Below, piece by piece: positions 54,800 to 64,000 of a stretch of DNA of 64,000 bases. This DNA comes from the human T2T-CHM13v2.0 reference genome, Homo sapiens. The stretch lies in the NCBI RefSeq assembly GCF_009914755.1, contig NC_060926.1. One strand, 5' to 3'. Made by a program: the position numbers and the translations under genes. The notes under the pieces were generated by a model. It had not been told where the DNA came from. It did not search any database and saw only the letters and a list, made by a program, of their open reading frames with translations. Every line of letters begins with the position of its first letter. The stretch's first letter is position 1.

Positions 54800-55238
54800 A
54801 AACTAAGATGAGAAATAGAATACTTACAGGGTGTCAGAGTATGTTCTTATAAAATACTTATTAACTAAAAAGGGAAAACAAATTATTCTATATCAGGAAA
54901 ACCTGGAAGTCCCCACCTTATCCAAGTGACCAAAGTTAACATCACCACCTCCAGGACATAGCCATGGCGTGCCTCCTCACTGATGCACTGAGGAGAACAC
55001 AACATCACTTCTATGGCTGCCCAGACAAAAATGTAAAACCCGAGTCTAATCATATGGAAAGGATGAAAACAAACTGAAAGACAGCCTATAAAATAAAGCC
55101 CCTGTACTTCCCAAATTGTCAAGATCATGAAAGTCAAGGAAAAATGGAATAAATATCCCATGTTAAATGAGACCAAAGAAATATGATAACAAAATGCAAA
55201 ATGTGATCCTGGATTGGATCCTACATGAGAAAAAAAAA
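54800..55238 (+). mobile_element. L1MC/ME 3'UTR fragment
   Basis: 'ccaagtgaccaaagttaacatcacc', 'gatgcactgag', 'tgtgatcctggattggatcct'. Confidence 0.75.
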
Positions 55239-55298
55239 AATTTTTTTCCATTTGCTCCAAGGACCCTTGGGAAACATAGATGAGGAAAATTAGACCCA

Positions 55299-55357
55299 TT
55301 ATGTTGGTGCAAAAGTAATTGCAGTTTTTGCCATTAAAATTGATGGCAAAAGTAATA
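55299..55357. mobile_element. Partially deleted MADE1 in a MIR
   Basis: 'gttggtgcaaaagtaattgcagtttttgccatt...atggcaaaag'. Confidence 0.88.
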
Positions 55358-56903
55358 GAATACTTACCCAAAGACATGTTAAGTGAAGACATGGACACAG
55401 ATAACTCGCTTCCACAGTCCATGAACTTTCCAGTCTATCCTATGGTCACTCAATAGCTGTAAGTTTTATTTCTAGTTTTTAAAATTATTTCTATATTATC
55501 ATCAGCTCACCCAAAGATGGGTTTACCTGTAGCAATAAGATGTCCTTAAGTAATGACTCTACCTCTGGTCTCAAGACTTCTGACGCCCATGGAAAATTCT
55601 GTGCTGCTAAACATAGCCATTAAATGACAAAACACCATGGAGTGAAACCCAGCAAGTTGGATGAATTTTCCATTTCTGTTCAAATCCATTGTCTAATGAT
55701 GTTTCAAAAACGAAAACCCAGGCAATCAGTGGTTGCACTGTGGCAGTATCAGTTCTGGCAGAAAGGTTTATATTTTTGGATTTAAAAGTATTTCAAAGGG
55801 CACTGAATGTTTCAAAAACTCTGGGAAACTGGGGAAGAAGTTCTGGGTAACAAATGTCTATTCAGGAACTGAGTATAGAGCACTGATAGATGGCTTAGGT
55901 TTGGTGCCCAGTAAAGATAAAGGAATAAAAGGAAACCTTTAGCTTGCATTAGGCTTTATGGTGGGCAGCTAAAGCTTAATTGAAACACAGTGAGCTATAG
56001 TAAAAGATGTTTATCATATAATAAAAGCTTAATGAATAGGCATCACCATTGAGAGAGAAAAAGAAATAAAAGTAACTTTTCGTACTGACAGACCTACTGA
56101 CTTTCAGATCTTTTTATTTTCCTGCAAGATGAGAATGTACGTTTGATTCTTGGTGTTGCTTCTTGTTTTTAAGTTGGGGCCCAACATTTTTATTAAATAT
56201 GAGTGTCTCTGCCCCTGTCATGCCTTCACAATTTCCAATACTGAAATGTTCTCAACTGCTTGACATTTCATTTCACTCCCTTTTTTAATGAATTATTTTC
56301 CACTTAACAAAAGTACTTTGCCACTTTGCCACTTGTTAAAATATCAGATATGTATTGCCAAATATGGTTCTGCTGAACATTTTCATCTTTGACCTAAAAG
56401 ATGAGAATAAAAAACAGGTTCATTGAACACAGGGAAATAGTAAATGCAGTGGGAATATCTTAACTATTCTCTGTCAAAATAAGCTGTGGTTTATAAGAAA
56501 TCACTTTATATAACACATGAAATGCAGGAAAACTAAAACAATGTATGATAAAGGTTACCGTATGGTCAAAATGAAACTAAGATAAATATTGAGTAATAAT
56601 ATTAGCACAAACTGTGTGCCCATACATAATTCTAAGAAAAAATATATATATTACTATGCACATACTAGTTTATATATTTTTATATATTATATATATATAT
56701 ATAACTAACAATCTTCACAAACACTTTTTGAGGAATGTACTAATATACACTTGACCGGCACATGTAGGATGTACAATAAATTTAATTAAATGAATGAATA
56801 AGTGTAAACAGAGGCCAGATCACCTAGGGCCTGGTAGCCACAGTTTAGATTTTATTCCAAATGCACTGGGAAGCACTGGTGCAATTTGATAGTTATAAAC
56901 AAC

Positions 56904-57622
56904 CAGAATGGTAATTATTAAAAAGTCAGGAAACAACAGGTGCTGGCGAGGTTGTGGAGAAATAGGAAAGCTCTTACACTGTTGGTGGGAGCGTAAACTA
57001 GTTCAACCATTGTGGAAGACAGTATGGCAATTCCTCAAGGATCTAGAACCAGAAATATCATTTGACCCAGCAATCCCATTACTGGGTACATACCCAAAGA
57101 ATTATAAAACATTCTACTATAAAGACACATGCACACATATGTTTATTGCAGCACTATTCACAATACCAAAGACTTGGGGCCAACCCAAATGTCCATCAAT
57201 GATAGACTGGATAAAGAAAATGTGGCACATATACACCATGGAATACTATGCAGCCATAAAAAAGAATGAGTTCATGTCCTTTGCAGGGACATAGATGAAG
57301 CTGGAAGCCGTTATTCTCAGCAAACTAACACGGGAACAGAAAACCAGACACGGCATGTTCTCACTCATAAGTGGGAGCCGAACAATGAGAACACATGGAC
57401 ACAGGGAGGGGACAATCACACACTGGGGCCTGTTGGCGGTGGGTAGGGGGGTTAGGGGAGGGAGAGCATTAGGACAAATACTTAATGAATGTGGGGCTTA
57501 AAACCTAGATGACCAGTTGATAGGTGCAACAAACCACCATGGCACATGTATACCTATGCATGTTCTCCACATGTATCCCAGAACTTAAAAAAAAAAGAAA
57601 AATAAACAAATAAAAATAAATA
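56904..57622 (+). mobile_element. 5'-truncated L1PA8-like element
   Basis: ORF2 C-terminus (ORF 56908..57294, CWRGCGE/HCWWE motif), 3'UTR, A-rich tail; TSD taaacaac. Confidence 0.95.
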
Positions 57623-57711
57623 AGTAAACAACTTATGTGCGGGTTATCTAATTGTTTCTTTGGCTTTCTTAACCTGATAGTGTCCTTGTGGGGCAAGGAT
57701 CACCATTCCAA

Positions 57712-57886
57712 TCAATAAGTATCAACCTTGGCTACATTTTGAAATCAGATGAGGAGCGAGGGGAGACATACTGCCATTCCACCTCCAAGAAATTCTGATA
57801 TAACAGGTTTAGGCTGAGGCCTGGACAGGAAAACTTTAAGGACTGCCCAATGCTTCTCAAATCCAGCCACAATTAAACTCTGCTGA
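57712..57886. mobile_element. MER5-like MITE
   Basis: 'ccttggctacatttt...aaattctgatataacaggtttaggctgaggcctgg'. Confidence 0.55.
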
Positions 57887-58075
57887 TCTCAATAGTACTG
57901 ACCGTATAACAGGGGTTCTGAAAATGCATGTAGCCTCATTACATGCTGCTGATTTGAGCCTTTGGCTCCATTTTGACATTGTGTGACACATAATAGGTAC
58001 TCAGTCTATATGTGTTAACTGGCATCCTAGCAAATGTTTGATTAATGAATAAATTAATAAATAATTGATGATTTA

Positions 58076-58475
<400 letters not shown>

Positions 58476-58553
58476 TCAACTTCTCCTTGTTATAGAATGT
58501 TCTGGAATTCTGGAACATCTAGGCTGGAATGGGCCATAGGGAGCGTCCAGTTC

Positions 58554-58715
58554 AATGGTTCATAATATTTTCCTGCTCACAGACCCTTTAGAATTTGATG
58601 AAAGTTTTGAACACTCATCCCCTCCCCTCCAACCAAAAAGAAAACCATAGTTATGTATTCAATTTGAGCAGGTTCAGAAGGCTCCTGGACAATGGTTTCC
58701 CAAGCTAAATTCCTA
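58554..58715. mobile_element. MER103-like MITE nested in a MIR-like element
   Basis: 'tcacagacccttta...tgatgaaagt...caatttgagcaggttcag'. Confidence 0.5.
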
Positions 58716-59500
58716 AGGTCCAGCTCAACATGTCCCTTGATAGGAAATGCAACTGATGCCCAGAGACAGTGAGTGATTACTCAAAGCAGAAGCTGAGTCA
58801 GAAAGTAACTGGACTAGATCCTGGTCCTCTGATGCTGAATGTAGTTACCCATCTTCCTTTACATACCCACTGAGGATACAGTTAAGAGGATGAATTCATA
58901 GCTAATTATTTTGTGTTTTCTGCTCTATTCCCTTGATTTCTTAAACCTCACACACCATAAAATTCCAATAACTAATCTAATTCCACAGCTGGGCCGCTTC
59001 ATTAAAAAGTGAAAATTGAAATTCTAGAACAACCAAGTCTTCCAAATCTGCCATATTTTCATGTGAACCTCTAAGAATAGAGTGGTGGGAAATGGCCTCA
59101 CATAAATCAGAGAAACCCTGAAATGAGGTCCAGCCTGTGGTCAGTCCCCACCGCGGCCATCTCAACTGGTCCACATTTGTGAATACACACAGCTGAGGGC
59201 AAAAGTTGAATTCCATCCTCCCAGATGTCAGGATGAGTATCACCAAAAACAGCTGTGGCAGTCAGCTGGTCAGATGGTCAGGACAATATCTGGACTCAGA
59301 AAGCAATGGGGACAGATGAGATCAAAGGATTCATGGATTTTAGGAGTAGGAAAATAAACTGTTGTCTGCCTACCTGGCTAGGTGCAAGTCTTCTAGACTC
59401 ATAGCAGAGTGAACTATTTAAGAAGGGCTGGTTAATCTTGAAGAAGGCTTATTAACCACCTAAATGAAAGTCGGGCTCATTTTTAACACGAAAAGGACAC

Positions 59501-60023
59501 TGCAGAGCAGGTTCCCTGTGCACTGGTTACCAACTCACCTGAGTCCAGTGAGACAGAACATTTTCATACACAACAAGTTACATGAAGTAGGTTAGTACTT
59601 GCAGCAAAGGATAAGACAAGCCTAGGAGCCATTGTGTGCTGGCCCTGCAAGGCTCAAGAAGGCTTCCAGGGCAGACAGAGTCTCAATGCATGTGTCCCAC
59701 TTGCACCACAGCTGAGTGCCCCAAAATGCTGCCTGTCGTGGTTGACAAACCTCAGGGGAGACAGGACTCATTAGGCAAGTCTTTGAAGGTCATCCTGCTT
59801 CCCAGCAAGACAGAAACAAAGCTTAGGCTATCCTGGGCATTCCTCCCTAACTCAAGATGTTACATTCCCTAGAAGAAATAGAAACAGCCCAGACTCTTTC
59901 AGGCAGTTCCCCTATCTCAGGATGATACATTCCCAACTCATTCTACAGTTATTCTGGAGAACTATGAGCAAGAAAGTAAGGAGATCTGGGTCAGTCCAAG
60001 GCCACTTGGAGAACTGTCCTGCA
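59501..60023 (-). mobile_element. Solo ERVL LTR (MER54/LTR53/MER73 group)
   Basis: tgca...tgca termini, 'gggtcagtccaaggccacttggagaactgtcctgca', perfect TSD GACAC. Confidence 0.8.
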
Positions 60024-60049
60024 GACACAGATGCAATGTTTGAAGGATA

Positions 60050-60210
60050 CAGAAGTGAATTCTCTAGCATCTGTTTCTTTCTCCTCCTCCTCTCTTCTGC
60101 TGCTCTTCTAGGAAGTCCTACCTGTTACCAGAAGTGAATTCTCTAGCATCTGTTTCTTTCTCCTCCTCCTCTCTTCTGCTGCTCTTCTAGGAGGTCCTAC
60201 CTGTTACCAG
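60050..60210. repeat. 79-bp tandem duplication (one mismatch)
   Basis: 60050-60128 repeated at 60129-60207, followed by CAG microhomology. Confidence 0.97.
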
Positions 60211-63200
60211 CACCTCCTACAGAGACCAAGGAAAAGAAGGAAATCTGATTTAATTATTAGGTTGTCTGTGAGAGCCATGAGAAAGAATTTGTGCTTTCAT
60301 CCAAATTGACACTTGAGAACCTCAGGTTTATCTGACTTGAGAATGTCAGATAAACATGTCTTCTCCTAGTTACTAACATATGCGTATGTGTATATGTGTA
60401 TATATATTTCTGTAGATATGTATTTTAAATCACTGTGTATAGCATTAAGACTCAAAATACAAAATCAAATGGTCAGACTCATGGTCTATATGGTCCATCT
60501 TGCCCAGGAAAGGGTCCGTAGAGCATTGTGAAAGAACATGGCAGATGCCATATTAATAACTTTGTCTCCCAAATGCCCCTAACAACTCAGTTATGCCAGT
60601 AATTATCTATGATCTCCATTTACTATTTTCAAACCTATTTTTAAGTTTTTCAATTTATCATTTTCAACATGTGTGCCTTTTGAATAATTAGCTCCACAGA
60701 TTTGTTGTCCTGTCTCACTTCCCTCATCACATGAAACTTGAGATTGGATTAATTAATAGTATACCATACTCAATATGCCAGGGAAACTCAATATAATGTT
60801 AAGTACTTATAGCCACTCTGCAAGGTGGACACGTGTCTCAGCTTACAACTAAGTATACCCTTCAATTGAAATAGCTGAGTTCCTAAACATGGCACTTAGA
60901 CAAAGTGGAAATTTGTCATATGTTTTAAATATGAAAATTGTTTCTGCCAACTTGTTGACATATTTCCCTCCATCATGAATATCAAAAGGTTATGACAAGA
61001 TTCAGGAAGAAGGGCAAGTGCAAGTGATGCATGGTCTAGCGGGAGACCAGCAAATGTGAATTACAACCACACTTCACCTCTCAGATTCAAAGCCCTATCC
61101 CATCACTCGGTAAATGTATGGTGCTTTACTAAGAGATGTTAAATAATGCACCCAAGACCCTGACATTTCTAAGCTTTCATCAATCCCCTACCATAGCCAG
61201 AGCCAACATCTCTCTACAGGCCTAAGGCATCCCAGGCAAGTCCTTGGCTTTGTAAACACTAGCTAGGGATTTGGGGCCAAAGCTCAGCTTGACGTCTACC
61301 TGGCAAGCTGCCTATGCATGCGAGATGTGAGGAGGGAACAGTTTGCCTAGATTAGAGGAGAGTCTCAGAAGCCTGCCCTGTGCCTGCTTCCCTCTCAGCC
61401 CTAACCCAGTTCCTTCCATCTTTGCAAGGGTAAGGTCATCGCACCAACTACATTAAAATGCACCATGAGGAAGAGAATTCCAAGAAAGCATTTACCCCTC
61501 ATGGTTTCATGTAGATTTCCTGTTGTCCTCCTTCTTCTAAAATACCTCCCCTTGAGAGATGGCCTCACATGCATCCCTAAACATTGATTTTTGTCCTTAA
61601 CCCATATCAGAGCCCTTCTCCATGATGAAGATCCTGGAGTGTGTAGCTCCTGGAAATGGGTAGTCACCAACAGTGACACTCCATATAAAGATTTGCAGTA
61701 GGGACCTGAAAATGAATAAAATTTGCTTCCCCCCAAACATGGCTAGTAGCTGTACTTTTAAAGCAGCCTTCACAGATAAAACAATTGGAGGGGTTGAGGA
61801 GCTTCCTGAGAACTAATTGTTTTACAGGTTTAAAATTAGTTTCCAGAAGGCACAGCAGAAATAAATAAATCAGCAAATTAGCCACAATCATAGATTTTTC
61901 AAATCCTGCGAATTGATATCTAGCCTTCAGGCTGAGAAGTATTCTGCAAAAAAAGCAGCCATTCTTATAATCTTCTTTGCATAAAGAGTCTGATTCATCC
62001 ACAAATAATAACAGGTAGGCATTTTCAGTCTAATTTTCTCATCCATTGAAGAGAGTTCCAAAACCTTCCTTTTACCAAAGTGTTTCTCCCTGATATTTAT
62101 CTGATGTGAATGTAATAGGCTAATTAATGTAGGCACCTGAAGGAGATCTCAAGGGCCGAAAATATCTGACATGTCTGAGGCTCCTGCTGGCTGCCCTGCC
62201 TGATAAGGATGCTAAGAGCATGTTAGCAACAAGCATCATTAGACATTCCTCACTTTGAGTCATTTTCATTCAGGCAGATGCAGAGGACCTTTCAGAAGGA
62301 CAGACCACTGATTCCCTGTAATTTAAAGGAGAGAGCCACATTATACAGGTCTCTCATTTGAATTATATAAGACTCAGAGATAAGCATTTTCTCTCTGAGA
62401 TAAGAGCAGAGGCCCATAATAGCCATAGAAGTATTTTCATGAAAGTGTTCTCATTTGCACACTTAGCAGCTGCTAGGAGAGACATGAGCAGCCGTCTGGG
62501 GTCTAAAGTGAACCAGACTCCCAAGCTTAAAGGAAAGACTTGAAGGCAGAGCCACTGGGAAGGCTGGCCACTTATTAGACACCGACATTAGTTATGCTGT
62601 TAATCTCCAGTCTTAGACCTATTGGTTCCAGGATCCTGCTGAGACCCGAATGAAGCAGGATGGGAACATTCTTAAGTATGCAATGCAAAAGGAAGAGTCA
62701 CAAATGTGAATCATTTAGGGTGACAACTTTTTCCTACTTGAAAACCAGAGCAGCTGGCGGAAAGGAAATTATTTTGAAATGACATCAGATGTGTGAGGCC
62801 ATCCGACCCAGGAGAAAAGTAGCTTCCTCACGTGTGCACCAGTCAGGATTTCAGTGTGTCTCCTGAGTACTCGGGTACAGAGTTCCTGAGAGACCCTGAG
62901 GGTCCCAGTACCCAGCATCACAGCAGCATAGTTATGGAGAGGCCAAGTTATCCTCTTTCCTTTTCTTCCTTTTTTTCCTGTCTGCCCTCTAGTAGGAAAA
63001 GAACAGAGTTGACCCCTGACAAAATATAAAGAACAAGTGTGGGTACTGAAGGTGAGAAGAGCCTGCGAAAATATTGGCTAGGAGGCACCAATCAGAGATG
63101 GGTCCCCAGGAAATAATATGAAATGGACAAAAAGCAAGGAGAACTGGGGCATGGAGAGGAACTGAGTCCATGCACAGTATGGAAGAACACAAAGTGGGGA

Positions 63201-63397
63201 AGCCGAAGTCAGTCTTGATGTGCCAAGGGCAAGAGCAAGCAGGGACCCAAGAGCAAAGCATGGGGTGCAAACTAGAAATAACAGAAATAGATGCAAGAAA
63301 CAACATGAGCAGAGGCAGAGAGAGAGACCTAGGCAATCAGAGAAACAGCAGGGAGGGCCAAGCCCCGTGTTCATGGAGACCTCATGCTGCTGTTCCC

Positions 63398-63455
63398 ATA
63401 CAGCATGTGAGAAGATAATACAAGATAATACAGCATGTGGGAAGATAATACAAGA
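63398..63455. repeat. Tandem duplication, period 30
   Basis: atacagcatgtg(a/g)gaagataatacaaga twice. Confidence 0.9.
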
Positions 63456-63649
63456 CAAGCTCGGGTGACTGCATAGAAATATCTAAAATCCCTAAACAAT
63501 ATGAGTGGAAAAGGTTGGGATTAAGAAGAAAGTTTTTCATTAGTCTGAACATTCATTCAACAGCTAAGCATTTTATGTTTTTACAAGGTGCTCCAACTTT
63601 AATTATCCTATTTGATTCTCATAAACAAGGGTGTATGTGAGAAGACAAT

Positions 63650-63925
63650 TGTAATGGTTAATTTATGTGTCTACTTTCCTGGGTCACAAGTTGCCCAGAT
63701 ATTTGGTCAAACGCGTTTCTGTGAGGCTGTTTTTGCACGAGTAAAGGGGATTGGCTCCCTAGTGTAGGTGGGCCTTATCCCATCAGTTGAAGGCATGAAT
63801 AGTAAGTACAAAAAGCCAACCCTCCCCCAGATAAGAGGGAATTTCTCCTGCCTGACTGTTTTCAAACCGGGTTATTGGTTTTTTTCCTTCTTCAGACTTG
63901 AACTGAAGAATTGGCTTTCCTGGAT
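63650..63925 (+). mobile_element. MLT2C/D-like LTR, 5' part
   Basis: 'tgtaatggttaatttatgtgtc...tgcccagatatttggtcaaac...atcagttgaaggcatgaatag'. Confidence 0.85.
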
Positions 63926-63951
63926 GAGCTTAGGATAAGATCATGGATAGG

Positions 63952-64000
63952 AGCCAGGCGTAGTGGCTCATATCTGTAATCCCAACACTTTGGGAGGCCG
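63952..64000 (+). mobile_element. Alu 5' end (runs off the window)
   Basis: 'gccaggcgtagtggctcatatctgtaatcccaacactttgggaggccg'. Confidence 0.9.

Noticed and set aside
54883-55422. 179-aa hydrophobic ORF
   Set aside because: Antisense read-through of L1M, MADE1 and MIR sequence

Overview
Primate, very likely human, non-coding genomic DNA (a near-consensus AluYa5 is present). It is intergenic or deep intronic: I see no credible protein-coding exon, RNA gene, CpG-island promoter or CRISPR array, and the ORFs I could interpret are repeat-derived or chance. Much of the window is interspersed repeat: Alu/FLAM, MIR, L1PA7/PA8, old L1M, L2, MaLR LTRs (including a complete two-LTR THE1A), ERVL LTRs, and DNA-transposon relics (MER58A, MER5, MER3, Tigger4a, MADE1, MER81, MER103). 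Families were assigned by eye from remembered consensus sequences, so subfamily names and the edges of old elements are approximate. The best leads are: a homogenised tail-to-tail L2 hairpin resembling the miR-28/miR-151 class of origin (43507-43625); a 39-bp tandem amplification of an E-box plus CCAAT module in an MLT1 LTR (4425-4608); a TAATCC/T-box cluster in unique DNA (51200-51570); and several clear insertion or repair scars. I cannot support a wholly new biological system from this sequence alone.
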